Positions 37,443 through 47,723 of a stretch of DNA of 64,000 nucleotides are shown here, one piece after another (within the stretch, counting starts at the first letter, position 1; every line of letters starts with the position of its first letter). The notes under the pieces are model-generated. The model was given only the letters and a program-made list of their open reading frames with translations. It was not told where the DNA came from and ran no database searches. This DNA is from Candidatus Woesearchaeota archaeon (GTDB lineage: Archaea; Nanobdellota; Nanobdellia; Woesearchaeales; UBA9989), in the NCBI GenBank assembly GCA_013329045.1, contig DUKZ01000020.1, forward strand, positions 33,489-97,488. The letters are read 5' to 3'. Position numbers and translations under genes: made by a program.

Positions 37443-37560
37443 CAGAAATCCGCTGCTCAACACTAACCCCGACCTGAAGGTAGGGGTATGACGTGCCTCG
37501 CTTCTACACGCGGATTTCTGGTGTAGAATTGGGCACTCGCCCTAAAGGGCGGGGTATGAC
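37443..37560. repeat. Cluster of hairpins: 11-bp inverted repeat CAGAAATCCGC/GCGGATTTCTG enclosing hairpin CCCCGACC..GGTAGGGG, plus hairpin CGCCC-TAAA-GGGCG. Each inner hairpin is followed by GGGGTATGAC
   Basis: Seen directly. The GGGGTAT tail is shared with the IS200 end motif. An alternative pairing is TTCTACAC/GTGTAGAA (37503-37528). It lies in the convergent gap between GT2 and the methyltransferase. Confidence 0.5.
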
Positions 37561-37590
37561 ACCCAATTCAACAATCAAAAAGTTATGTTT

Positions 37591-38250
37591 TCACTTCTTC
37601 GCCACAACCACAAAGTCCCCCCATAAGTTCCGTGCGGGAAAACTGACCTTTACAGAATGGAAATGCTCTCCGACAATGCTCCTTAGTTTTCCCTTCGTCC
37701 AGGGGCGGGTGATCTCGCCGGGGTATGCATCAAACTTTTTCCCGATGATTCGCACAAGCAAGCCAAATCCCCGCAGTATCGTGCCATTGAGGCTGAACAT
37801 TGGCGGCCAGAACGTATAGAAACCCCCGCCTTTCTTGAGCACGCGTGCGCACTCGCTCATGAGCTGGTGGATTTCTTCTTCAGTAAAATGCTCATACAAT
37901 CCATGGTTCCATATCCCGTCAAGTGATTCATCCTTAAAGGGCAGCCGGAAAGCATCCCCTTTCACGCGCACATCAAATTGCTTGATTGCATGGGACTGCT
38001 TGAGGGCATCAAAAGAAATGTCAAGGGCAATAAGAGTCCGGTTCTTTTTTCGAATAAGAGTAGATGCCTGTGCCGTGCCGCAGCCAACTTCACAATAGAT
38101 TCCATCAGGTTTGGGAAATGCTTTCTCAAACACCCGCCGGTGCGTTGGGGCAATCACATGTTTTCTGTAATATTGGACAGCGCTTTCATAGAATGTTCCT
38201 TTCATCCCAACATAATGGCTTTCCCAGTCCTGCTCCACTTCTTTTGGCAT
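37591..38250 (-). CDS. Class I SAM-dependent methyltransferase
   Basis: YCEVGCGTAQ motif I. ALDIS and LKKGG motifs. The ORF is open to 38376, but the upstream part overlaps the structured element. The ATG at 38250 (MPKEVEQ) is preferred, weakly. Confidence 0.65.
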   Translation of the reverse strand: MPKEVEQDWESHYVGMKGTFYESAVQYYRKHVIAPTHRRVFEKAFPKPDGIYCEVGCGTAQASTLIRKKNRTLIALDISFDALKQSHAIKQFDVRVKGDAFRLPFKDESLDGIWNHGLYEHFTEEEIHQLMSECARVLKKGGGFYTFWPPMFSLNGTILRGFGLLVRIIGKKFDAYPGEITRPWTKGKLRSIVGEHFHSVKVSFPARNLWGDFVVVAKK

Positions 38251-38366
38251 AAGAGAAGAAAAAAGAACGGTGTTTTTAAGGGTTTTGTTCAAAGAGGGCG
38301 AAAAGAAAAAGGCAATGGGCAAATGGTACTGGAAGATGCAGCACCATAACTGGCAGGCAGAACAAG

Positions 38367-38452
38367 TTGGCAACAATACTGCGCAAACGGCCTAGTTTCT
38401 AGGCTGAGCCTTGCGGAGCAAGGCGGTTTGCTGCCATTGGTATTGTTGCCAA
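38367..38452. repeat. Double-hairpin palindromic element, copy A (inverted relative to copy B)
   Basis: Outer 13-bp perfect stem TTGGCAACAATAC/GTATTGTTGCCAA with imperfect extension. Inner hairpins CCTAG-ttt-CTAGG and GCCTTGC-gga-GCAAGGC. Confidence 0.6.
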
Positions 38453-38547
38453 ACACAAATTCACAGAATACTTCCCTTTAATGTGCGAGTAACCTTATAA
38501 TAAGAACTTTTTTAAAGAAAAACAATATCGACGTCAGTGGGGGAAAG

Positions 38548-40878
38548 ATGTGTCTCAAAAGGATTAAGGGTGTATGGAAAGAGCATTGGATTCCAATTAG
38601 TATCTTAGCTTTGCTCATCATCATCTTTTGTTATCCTTATTTTAGCTCTGATACCATGCCTGTGCGTGCCGGTCCAGGGCTAGGGCTTCCAGCTGGCGAT
38701 GCCCATTACAACGCGGCAAATGCCATGATTGCCCAAAATGCTGCAAGGGAATTTGATCTTCCTCTCTGGAGCCCCTACACGATGTCGGGCACCCCCTTCT
38801 ACGCAAAGCCCCAAGTCCCTTTCTTCTATATCACATATCCGTTATATTTCCTGGCTCCAACCCCCTGGGCATTCCTGAAGTGGAGCCTCATTATCCATCT
38901 TCTGATTGCAGGCATTGCAATGTACTCATTATTCTGGTACATGAGAAAAGACAAGTACGCATCATTCATTGCAGCTCTTTGTTATATGTTCTCAGGCTAC
39001 ATAACGGCTGACTTATTCGGTGGCCATCCAAATATCGTATTCAATTATGCCTGGGTTCCCCTCATAGTCTTATTTTCCATAAAGGCAATGAAAGAGGATC
39101 ACATTAAAAATGCCATTTGGACAGGAATCTTTCTTTCATTGCAGGTGATGGGCGGCGGTCCGGAAATGTTCCTCTACACCCTGCTGTTTGTCGGGATTAT
39201 CTTCCTTTTTTACCTCATCACTTCAGACCCATCAAAGATGCTAAAAAAAGTTCTCATTGCAGGCATCATCATTATTCTTGTCTTCGCCGGCCTCACTGCC
39301 CATAAGTTTCTCCCATTAAAAGAGCTCATGAAAATATCTGTCAGGAACCAGGGTTACAGCATGGAGAACAGCTTGGGTGATCCAACAGAATTCCGTGAGT
39401 TCTGGCATGACCTCGTGAGGCCTGGACCGAGAAATATTGGTTTTATCCCTTTCCTGCTCCTCCTCTTTGCCCTTCCGTTGTGGAAGAAGAAAGACGTCTC
39501 CTTGTTCATGATCATGGCAATTTTTGCTCTCCTCATGCTTTCCGGGTCGTTTGTGTATTTCCTTGTCTGGAAATTTATCCCGTATTATAATAAGATGGAT
39601 GATATCTTTAAGGGAATTTTCCTCTTCATTCTCCCAGCTTGCTATCTTGCAGGTGTTGGAATACAGCAAATCCTCCATCATACAGACAAAAAACTTAAGA
39701 TAAAAAAAGGAGTCATCGTTGGCGTCCTTGCCTTCCTCATCATTCTTGACCTGCTCGTTTTTGTTCCCGATTGGATGGGTTCTGCCGACAGGAAAACCAT
39801 GCAGGAAAACGGCATCATCTACCCAGCAAGATTCGCCCAGAGGACAAGCCCCCCCTATGTCTCTATGCAAGAAACGCTGGAAAGAAATACAATTTTGCAA
39901 AGGATTAGTGAAGACAAGTCATTATATAGGATCCATGTCCAGGAAACAAACGGCATTGATTGGGGAACAGACACAAGCACGATCCCATTGGGGCTCCAGG
40001 ATGTGTATGGGACAGAGAATATTTGGCTCGTGGATTATATGCCAATGTTCCTCAGCGTTGCAAACAGTGATCCGGCTAAATTGTTTGGCATCCTCAACAC
40101 AAAGTATATCACAAGCACCACGCCATTGAATATCTCAGGGTATCGCTTTATTGGAAAAGCCTCTGAATGCGGCCCTCTCTGCCAGCCGATAAAAATTGGC
40201 GGGCCATACTTATACCAAAACGATCTCTGGCTTCCACGATATTACCATGCCCCTAATGCAGTTCTTGTTATCGGGTCAAGGGATAACAAGCTCCAGGCGA
40301 TGTATTTTCTCCTCACCAATCCAAACCTGAATCCTGCAAAGACAATCATCATCTACGGAAAAGATTCTATCAATGAGTACACTCCAGATGACCTGGGCAG
40401 GTTCTCTATGATCCTATTGACCCCGGGGTCAATTGATGAGAAAAGCGGGTTTATCCTGGAGCAATATGCAAAATCAGGGGGGATGCTCATGCCAGACATT
40501 CTCTCTGGAGAACAGCAGATATTTGTAGCAGGGATGGGAGAGGCCCTCCAAAATCTCAGTAGGGAGGGTGGTTTTGAGGAATTGTCTTATTCATTCTCTT
40601 CTGGTTTTGATACCCTCACCCTCGATGTCCATAAGAGTAATGGCTGGGTGTTCCTCTCAGAACAATACAGCATGTATCAAGGATGGGAAGCGAGGGTTGA
40701 TGGAAAGGAAACAGCCATCGAAAGAGCTGATGGTGTTCTTTCAGCAGTATATGTGCCAAAAGGAGCATCATCTCTTGTCATGACATACCATCCAAGATAC
40801 CTGACAGAAGGGATCATCATCTCTCTCATCTCAATAAGTATCATCAGTGGAGCATTATTCTATGGAAAAAAAGAATAG
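38548..40878 (+). CDS. Large polytopic membrane protein with a C-terminal extracytoplasmic domain; YfhO-like / GT-C-fold glycosyltransferase candidate
   Basis: 776 aa. About 12 TM helices in the N-terminal 450 aa, then a soluble domain and a terminal TM. The architecture resembles YfhO. Confidence 0.45.
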   Translation: MCLKRIKGVWKEHWIPISILALLIIIFCYPYFSSDTMPVRAGPGLGLPAGDAHYNAANAMIAQNAAREFDLPLWSPYTMSGTPFYAKPQVPFFYITYPLYFLAPTPWAFLKWSLIIHLLIAGIAMYSLFWYMRKDKYASFIAALCYMFSGYITADLFGGHPNIVFNYAWVPLIVLFSIKAMKEDHIKNAIWTGIFLSLQVMGGGPEMFLYTLLFVGIIFLFYLITSDPSKMLKKVLIAGIIIILVFAGLTAHKFLPLKELMKISVRNQGYSMENSLGDPTEFREFWHDLVRPGPRNIGFIPFLLLLFALPLWKKKDVSLFMIMAIFALLMLSGSFVYFLVWKFIPYYNKMDDIFKGIFLFILPACYLAGVGIQQILHHTDKKLKIKKGVIVGVLAFLIILDLLVFVPDWMGSADRKTMQENGIIYPARFAQRTSPPYVSMQETLERNTILQRISEDKSLYRIHVQETNGIDWGTDTSTIPLGLQDVYGTENIWLVDYMPMFLSVANSDPAKLFGILNTKYITSTTPLNISGYRFIGKASECGPLCQPIKIGGPYLYQNDLWLPRYYHAPNAVLVIGSRDNKLQAMYFLLTNPNLNPAKTIIIYGKDSINEYTPDDLGRFSMILLTPGSIDEKSGFILEQYAKSGGMLMPDILSGEQQIFVAGMGEALQNLSREGGFEELSYSFSSGFDTLTLDVHKSNGWVFLSEQYSMYQGWEARVDGKETAIERADGVLSAVYVPKGASSLVMTYHPRYLTEGIIISLISISIISGALFYGKKE

Positions 40879-42511
40879 CATGGACATTGCCGCAATAATT
40901 CTTATTGCAGCAATCGTGCTCTATCATCTCTCTCCTTTGTTTGATCATCAGCTAAAGCATGATTTTCCCTACGGGATGATGGCCTCGGACACATTCCAGC
41001 ATCAGACAAGGGCTGAATCAATTAAGCTCATGGACAATTACAAATGGGAAGCTCCCTGGATCGTCGCTGGCTTTACCGACAATCCTGGCTTTTACCAACC
41101 GATTATGTATCATCTTGGTGTGCTCCTCTCCCACTTAGCCGGCCTTGAGACATATGACACCGCCTATTACGTGATAATCTTTCTGTTGATGCTTGGGATG
41201 ATTGGTATGTATGTCTTGATAAGAAAGTTCCATCCGCTCGTTGCATTCCTTTCTATTCCTTTGATGTCACTTGTGTTCATGCAGCAGCCAACTATCGGCC
41301 TTACCTGGGGGCATTGGCCAAGCATTGCTGCCCAAGGCTTCTTGATAGGATTCTTATTCAGCATCATGTTCCATAAGGAGAAAGGGTGGTGGGTTATAGA
41401 GGGTATACTGCTGGTTGGCATTTTTCTGGCTCATAGTTCAGAAGCGATCTTTGCAGTGATTGTACTGGTAATAGCAGCAGTGATCCTTCTTGTAAAAGGG
41501 GAGTGGAACAAAGATGATATCGCAAGTCTAGCGAAGGCGGCTCTGCTTGCAGGGGTCATCTCGTTTTGGTATGGTATTATTTTCTGGAACACCTGGCGGT
41601 TAATGGAGCCCTTACGTTTTATTCCTCTTCCTGCTTGGAACAACCCAATATCGCTGTATCTGAAGGATTTTGGCATCATTTTGATAGTGCTTGTCATTGG
41701 CATGGCTCTTGCTGCCATAACTGCAAAGAAAAAGCTCCATGTCCCCCTCCTGTTCTCCTATATCTTCATCGTGCTGGGGTACACAAATTATATTGGATTT
41801 GGTAAGCGGTCATTCCAGTTCCGCATGCTCTGGCCAGTCTACCTCTCATTGTTCTTTGGGATCGCATTGTACTCGCTGATTCAGGCGCTTGACAAGAAGG
41901 CAAGGCCAATTGCAGCAATAGGCATATCACTTCTGTTTATCTTCCTCTTCATAGGGCCGGTTCATGCAAAGGCTCTGCCCCATACAGTCATCTTCAACGG
42001 CCCAGGCCTGATGGATCAGCAGCACTGGGACGCTTTCGAGTTCATCCAGGAAAATACCCCAAAGGATGCATCAATCTATTTCCTGTATGGGGACATGTAT
42101 AGCCAGAATGCGGTCCTAAGAAATGCAGAAAGGACGCATTATCAAATTGACAATGATGACTACATTGCATCAATCCAGAATGCCACCTTGAGAGGTGATT
42201 TTCTGGGTATTATCAGGGGGGATTCCCATGGTGTTTCTTACACATACAGAAAAGGCCTCTTAGAGTTTGGCCATTATAAGACAGAGCTTGGGGATGATTA
42301 TTTTTATAAGAATTATGATATCTGCACAATGGATTATGTTGTATTGGACACAGCAAGCCGCCAGCCAGTCATTGCCCAGTATAACACACTGATCGCAAAT
42401 GAGATGGTGCAGCATGGAACACATCAGATTGTCTTTAACAATGGCATAGTAGCGATCCTAAAGAACATCAAAAAGGGGGAAACGTGCATTGAACCAAAAA
42501 AGCTTGCTTGA
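40847..42511 (+). CDS. Polytopic membrane protein, GT-C-like (ArnT/PMT-like) candidate with a C-terminal soluble domain
   Basis: The start is probably at ATG 40862 or 40880, just after the upstream stop. The C-terminal domain shares the motif pattern IYFL.GD...DYVVLD...I..FNNGI with 53936..55492 and 58968..60512. Confidence 0.45.
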   Translation: MEHYSMEKKNSMDIAAIILIAAIVLYHLSPLFDHQLKHDFPYGMMASDTFQHQTRAESIKLMDNYKWEAPWIVAGFTDNPGFYQPIMYHLGVLLSHLAGLETYDTAYYVIIFLLMLGMIGMYVLIRKFHPLVAFLSIPLMSLVFMQQPTIGLTWGHWPSIAAQGFLIGFLFSIMFHKEKGWWVIEGILLVGIFLAHSSEAIFAVIVLVIAAVILLVKGEWNKDDIASLAKAALLAGVISFWYGIIFWNTWRLMEPLRFIPLPAWNNPISLYLKDFGIILIVLVIGMALAAITAKKKLHVPLLFSYIFIVLGYTNYIGFGKRSFQFRMLWPVYLSLFFGIALYSLIQALDKKARPIAAIGISLLFIFLFIGPVHAKALPHTVIFNGPGLMDQQHWDAFEFIQENTPKDASIYFLYGDMYSQNAVLRNAERTHYQIDNDDYIASIQNATLRGDFLGIIRGDSHGVSYTYRKGLLEFGHYKTELGDDYFYKNYDICTMDYVVLDTASRQPVIAQYNTLIANEMVQHGTHQIVFNNGIVAILKNIKKGETCIEPKKLA

Positions 42512-42869
42512 GGACATAAAGAATCTGGGAGGGCTAGTAACCATAGCAGTAGTCATTGTTCAAGTGTTCTTTAGCAAGACAAACATCTTGATAACCGCAA
42601 GGCTTGTTATTTCTCTCGTATGGATTTCCCTCATTCCAGGGTATGGTCTTTTGCTGACATGGCGAGAGAGGCTGACCTTCTTGGAGTATAGTGTTCTTGC
42701 AGCATTTGTTGGTGCCTCAGTAACAGGAATCCTCAGTTATCACCTGGGCCTCATTGGAGTTAATTTGTCATCACAACCAATCCTTCTTCCGTTAATCTTA
42801 TTAATGATTGGCATTGCCATCGAGTGGAAGGTGAAAAAACATGAAACCGCAAACCCATCTCACCGTTAG
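42489..42869 (+). CDS. Small hypothetical membrane protein
   Basis: 126 aa with 3-4 TM helices. Overlaps its neighbours. Confidence 0.4.
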   Translation: MNQKSLLEDIKNLGGLVTIAVVIVQVFFSKTNILITARLVISLVWISLIPGYGLLLTWRERLTFLEYSVLAAFVGASVTGILSYHLGLIGVNLSSQPILLPLILLMIGIAIEWKVKKHETANPSHR

Positions 42870-43263
42870 CACGCTCCTCGCAGCCCTTTTCTACCCATTG
42901 ATCGGCTGGAATGCCCTATGGGTATTCATGACAGGATTTCTGGTGGATCTGGACCATTTTATCTATTATTATGCAATAAAGAGAGATCTTAGCATTAAAG
43001 GTTTTTTTGAGTTTTTTGGGCCAGAAAACCAGGAGTTCCACCAGGGGTGCATGTGTATCTTCCACAGTTTTGAGATTCTCGTCATTTTTATCGTCGCAAG
43101 TTTCTTTTCGATGGTCATCTTTGCAGCAACAGCCTCCCTTGCCATCCATTACTTGATGGATTATATTTATGAAAAGGGTATTTCTGGAGAGGGGTATGTA
43201 AAATCCATGTCCCATATTGCGTATGCAAAAAGAAAGCGCATGAAGCAAAATCAAAAGAAATAG
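42841..43263 (+). CDS. Hypothetical membrane protein
   Basis: 140 aa with 3 TM helices and an LVDLDHF motif. Its last 7 codons are part of the 108-nt repeat. Confidence 0.45.
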   Translation: MKPQTHLTVSTLLAALFYPLIGWNALWVFMTGFLVDLDHFIYYYAIKRDLSIKGFFEFFGPENQEFHQGCMCIFHSFEILVIFIVASFFSMVIFAATASLAIHYLMDYIYEKGISGEGYVKSMSHIAYAKRKRMKQNQKK

Positions 43264-43346
43264 CTTTTCGCATCATTTTTTTCCAAGGAGGAAATAATTG
43301 GCGATGTGGTCTGGACCGCTATTCCCTTTGATAGAGATGATTTTTG
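43239..43346. repeat. Direct repeat copy 1 (about 108 nt, about 95 percent identical to 51849..51957)
   Basis: atgaagcaaaatcaaaagaaata ... tttttttccaaggaggaaataattggcgatgtggtctggaccgctattccctttgatagagatgatttttg. Confidence 0.85.
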
Positions 43347-43459
43347 ATGCAATGACTTTTCTCATCCTTCGCCACCGTATCATCTTGAACTTCGAGGCAG
43401 AGCGTCAGGGAATGAAGGAAGATGATGTGATTCAGAAGTTAATAGATAAGATAAAATAA
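43304..43459 (+). CDS. Small ORF (51 aa) with a strong AAGGAGG SD inside repeat copy 1
   Basis: MWSGPLFPLIEMIFDAMTFLILRHRIILNFEAERQGMKEDDVIQKLIDKIK. The first 14 codons are duplicated at 51915. Confidence 0.3.
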   Translation: MWSGPLFPLIEMIFDAMTFLILRHRIILNFEAERQGMKEDDVIQKLIDKIK

Positions 43460-43622
43460 GAAAGGACAAGACGAGAAAGAGAGCAATCTCTCTTCTAGTG
43501 CGGTATTCGAATGAATATATAGTATTAATAGGTTATATTACAAAGATTATTATGAGGAGAATAGACACGCTTATATAGTTTGAAGTTTCAAATAAAGTTT
43601 CAAGGGTTATTTATTAAAAGAG

Positions 43623-46600
43623 GTGGGAATAATAAGCAATCATCCACAGCTTAACTTGATAATTGGATTATTTTTGCTTATAGGCGTGGTTATAGTAGTT
43701 GCTTCTGATGAAATATCAGGGAAAGGGGGCCTTGAGGTAAATCATTCTGACAGGGTATCAGGACATTTAGAAGATATGATAACAGGTATTGATGATGAGA
43801 AAGTTGAGAGACTGATCATTAAGTTTAAAAGTTCCGATGATCACAACTTATCTGCGTTTGATACCATAAAAGAGATTCCAGGTAGGAATCTTGTCACAGT
43901 TAAAGGTAGTATCAAGCATATTTCGCAATTGTTGGATGACCCTAATGTTGAGTTTATTGAGATTGACCAGAATGCCTCTTTGCTGGGTGATTCGTTGGGT
44001 TATGGTGTTGTGTTAACAAAGGCTCCTTTTGTGTGGAACCAATCGATGGGCTTGGGTGTCAAGGTGGCAGTGTTGGATTCTGGCATTGGAGTACATGATG
44101 ATTTAAGCATTTCTGGGGGGTATTCTGCTGTGAGTGATGATTATTTTGATTCTTATGGCCATGGTACGATGGTTGCTGGTGTTGTTGGTTCTTTGTTTGA
44201 TGACGAGGGCATTGTTGGCGTTTCCCCTTCTGTTGAATTATATGCTGTGAAGATTACTAATTCTTCCAAGGGGTTTATCTCAGATGCTATCCAGGGCTTG
44301 GAATGGGCTATTGATAATCATATGGATGTTGTGGTCATGAGTTTTGGCTTTCCTGAATATTCTCAGTTATTTAAGGAGGCTGTCCAGGATGCGTATGCTG
44401 AAGGTATTGTGTTGGTCGCAGCTGCCGGGAATGATGATAATGCTGAGATTCTTTATCCTGCTAAGTATACTGATGTAATCAGTGTTGGAGCAGTTGATGA
44501 GTATTTCCAACGATGGCCACAAAGCAATCATGGTGTTGATTTGGAGTTGGTCGCTGCTGGCGTTGACGTTAACACTACGGTTTTGGGTGATGGATATGCA
44601 TTGGGCACTGGCACCTCGCTTGCTGCCCCTCATGTTGCAGGCATTGCTGCCTTGCTAAAATCATACAACAATTCATTGTCAAATGAGGAGATTCGGGCAA
44701 AGCTGCGCAGTGATACGCGTGATTTAGGCGAACCTGGCAGGGATGATTATTTTGGTTATGGACTAGCTCAGGTGAACTTGAGCTTTGGATCAATGATTAT
44801 CAATGATTCTTATTTTTATGAAGTGTTTAATGTCACCGGTTATGGTACCGAAGAACAGGGAGAAATCTTTTGGCTGAATGGCACGGGAACAATTGATGAT
44901 GTTGAGTTTGCACCGGGCGTGTTTAAAGTTGTAAAATATCTCGATCCGATTGAAGAAAAAATAATTGTGGTTGAAGAAGGAGGGGAATTTCAGTTACTGG
45001 TTTCTGCAAATCTCGAAGATGATTTTAATAAAGAGGGGTCTACATTTTTTGACAACATAGTCTGGTACAATGGAAGTATGAAGATGTACCTGAGTGGAGA
45101 CATTGAATATGTTGATGCAATTTGTGTCAATATATACAAGTTAGATAACCAGTATGACTATTGTATTTATAAGACTGGAAAGAAAACTAGCTGTGACACT
45201 TATTCATCAGGAAGCTCTAATTATGATAGAATTTCCTTCCATGATGTGTGCGCGAATTATCCTCAAAATTGCACAGAAGGTGATGTTTTACAATTCCTCA
45301 ATATGAGGACAAATAAAACCGGAAGAATCTCAGATGAAGTGACTGCTTTCCTGAATTGTGAGAGCTCACCTAATTATGATAATGAACCAATTGATTTCGA
45401 TGTTATCAATACAAAAAAGGCACGATGTACATCAAGCACAACATATGATACTGAAGGATACAAAAACGCCCCAAGTTGGCTGATTATTTCAAGCTATTCA
45501 TGCACCCAAGGTCGTCTATGTAGCTCTTCTTTAGATGAGATCAACATCACAGACCCGAATAGTCCTGTAGCAAACCCCTGTGGTTGCAACGGCACTATTG
45601 AAGTGAACACTGTTGATAATAATGAGGATCCCATAGGGGATCTATCTGTTTACTTAAATGGTATTTTCCAAGATAGCGTAGATGAGATTGGACAAGTACG
45701 TATAGATTTTGGTTCTGTCCAATGCAATTCAAATCAAGAAGTCACGGTGAAATGTGCAAACCAGTCAAAAACTTGTGGTACGAAGTCCACACAGATAGAC
45801 ATGAATAATGACTATGATTCATTGAATTTTGACTGTACACTATGCAAAGAAGATGCACCTGACATCTGGATAGACAATACACATATTTACCTGGACATGG
45901 AAAGTAATACGGTAAAAGTGGGGGTGTTTTCCACAAGCATATCAGGCAGTACATCGGTAAGATTGCAACGAGTTGATGATGATGGGATTTTGCAGCCAGA
46001 ATTGAATGAGGAGGTGACCTTAGTTCCTGGTGGAGTAATGAATGTAACATTTTCTTTGCTTTCCATAGAGAAAGGGGATTATCTCCATATCTCTCTTGAT
46101 CCTGATAATGATATCGAACAGGAGGACAACACGAATAATTATTTGTTCCGTCCTGCCTTAAAGCCAATCAACGTCTATATAACGATGGATATTGACAGTT
46201 CATTTTCCGCAGCGCAACCGGTTATAGAAGAGTTCATAGGATCATTCGTTAACATGGTAGATACTGAAGGAGAGGCTGATGTGATTGTTGAGATTCGCGA
46301 ATCCTTTTCATTGACTGATGGGGCTCACACCATCTTTTCTGATGGCAAGGTAGTTGTCAATCCGTATGGAGCTGAAGTTTTCAAAACAAGTTCAGGATCA
46401 AAACCATTAGTGACTGTAACTGGAAACCGGATCGAAGGCATTATTGCAGGAGTAAAACGCATGATTAATGCCAGGAACATATTCTTGAACAAGGACATGT
46501 ATTTTTCTGATTCAATCATTGATGATTATGACCGGCTGGGCATCAGTGTCTTCGATGTGATGCACAACGAAGAACACCAACCAGTATTCTCTGCAAACAA

Positions 46601-47723
46601 CACACAATTCGCAGAAGTCGTCAGGAAAGTGTTGTTTGACAACAATTTTGAGGTCAGCATCAAACCAGTGAAAACGTTAAACACCACATCCTACAACAAA
46701 TCAACAATATTACGAGTCAAGCACGTCAACTCAGATTTCTCACAAGATTACAAAGACGCAATAGGAATAAACGACACGCCAGTGGTGATGGCAGGCGGCC
46801 TTTTTTCAGACCTTTTTACTTTCAATTCATTCGGCAAGGAACTTGCCGCAAAAGGGTATGATGTGTGGCTTATTGAGCTCACTGGGGGCCCCTATACTGA
46901 CCTTGAGACTAATGATGGTTGTGGAAGCCAGTGTCCAAACTATACGTATGATGATCTTGTGGATTTTTACTGGCCTGCATTGGTCGCAGGAGTGATAGAG
47001 TATTCAGACAAACAAAAAATTAACTATCTTGGTCATAGCAATGGAGGGCGAGTAGCGTTATCTTCGCTAAACAGTTACTCCCAGTCTGGAAAGAACAATG
47101 CAGGATATTATTTCGATTATGGAACCGGTAATTATGTTTATTCAGATTTGCCGGCATATCCAGTAGATAAGTTTTTCGGGATTGGGGTTCCGGCATCTCT
47201 AAATGATGAGACCCCCTTTACAGAGGCGGTAAGATACGAAGTGAATTATTCGTATCCACCAGGTCAGAAGACTGGTAACATTGCGATATCGAGAATTGAT
47301 AGTAACGGGTTGTCCCATATCAGAAAATATGACTACGCAAAAACATTAGCCACCTATGCTCCCATCGATCTATATAACCTTTTTAACCTAGCTTTCTCTT
47401 TAAGAGATCGGGGGATGATTTCAAGAAATTTAATGTATGATTATAATCAATTAGCACTAAACGAATCAAATGAGATTGACCTATCGACATTTGATGTTAG
47501 TAAGATTATACTCATAAACACAAAGCCTGATGATGTTATTCTTGGAATTCAGGATCAGGAAAGAGTTTTCAACAAGACAATTTTAATTGCAGACACAAAT
47601 AAAATCTCTTTAAATTTTACTAGAAATGTTTATCTTGGTGTATTCGGAGCAATTAATTCACATCATGGAGCTATAGCATCTAATAGTCATACAATCGAGT
47701 TCGTGATAGAGGAGTTATCATGA
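43623..47723 (+). CDS. Subtilisin-like serine protease (peptidase S8) with a very large Cys/Asn-rich C-terminal extension (1366 aa)
   Basis: VAVLDSGIGVHDDL (Asp), HGTMVAGVVG (His) and GTSLAAPHVAGIAALL (Ser) catalytic motifs. An N-terminal signal anchor. The start codon is uncertain (GTG at 43623). Confidence 0.8.
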   Translation: MGIISNHPQLNLIIGLFLLIGVVIVVASDEISGKGGLEVNHSDRVSGHLEDMITGIDDEKVERLIIKFKSSDDHNLSAFDTIKEIPGRNLVTVKGSIKHISQLLDDPNVEFIEIDQNASLLGDSLGYGVVLTKAPFVWNQSMGLGVKVAVLDSGIGVHDDLSISGGYSAVSDDYFDSYGHGTMVAGVVGSLFDDEGIVGVSPSVELYAVKITNSSKGFISDAIQGLEWAIDNHMDVVVMSFGFPEYSQLFKEAVQDAYAEGIVLVAAAGNDDNAEILYPAKYTDVISVGAVDEYFQRWPQSNHGVDLELVAAGVDVNTTVLGDGYALGTGTSLAAPHVAGIAALLKSYNNSLSNEEIRAKLRSDTRDLGEPGRDDYFGYGLAQVNLSFGSMIINDSYFYEVFNVTGYGTEEQGEIFWLNGTGTIDDVEFAPGVFKVVKYLDPIEEKIIVVEEGGEFQLLVSANLEDDFNKEGSTFFDNIVWYNGSMKMYLSGDIEYVDAICVNIYKLDNQYDYCIYKTGKKTSCDTYSSGSSNYDRISFHDVCANYPQNCTEGDVLQFLNMRTNKTGRISDEVTAFLNCESSPNYDNEPIDFDVINTKKARCTSSTTYDTEGYKNAPSWLIISSYSCTQGRLCSSSLDEINITDPNSPVANPCGCNGTIEVNTVDNNEDPIGDLSVYLNGIFQDSVDEIGQVRIDFGSVQCNSNQEVTVKCANQSKTCGTKSTQIDMNNDYDSLNFDCTLCKEDAPDIWIDNTHIYLDMESNTVKVGVFSTSISGSTSVRLQRVDDDGILQPELNEEVTLVPGGVMNVTFSLLSIEKGDYLHISLDPDNDIEQEDNTNNYLFRPALKPINVYITMDIDSSFSAAQPVIEEFIGSFVNMVDTEGEADVIVEIRESFSLTDGAHTIFSDGKVVVNPYGAEVFKTSSGSKPLVTVTGNRIEGIIAGVKRMINARNIFLNKDMYFSDSIIDDYDRLGISVFDVMHNEEHQPVFSANNTQFAEVVRKVLFDNNFEVSIKPVKTLNTTSYNKSTILRVKHVNSDFSQDYKDAIGINDTPVVMAGGLFSDLFTFNSFGKELAAKGYDVWLIELTGGPYTDLETNDGCGSQCPNYTYDDLVDFYWPALVAGVIEYSDKQKINYLGHSNGGRVALSSLNSYSQSGKNNAGYYFDYGTGNYVYSDLPAYPVDKFFGIGVPASLNDETPFTEAVRYEVNYSYPPGQKTGNIAISRIDSNGLSHIRKYDYAKTLATYAPIDLYNLFNLAFSLRDRGMISRNLMYDYNQLALNESNEIDLSTFDVSKIILINTKPDDVILGIQDQERVFNKTILIADTNKISLNFTRNVYLGVFGAINSHHGAIASNSHTIEFVIEELS

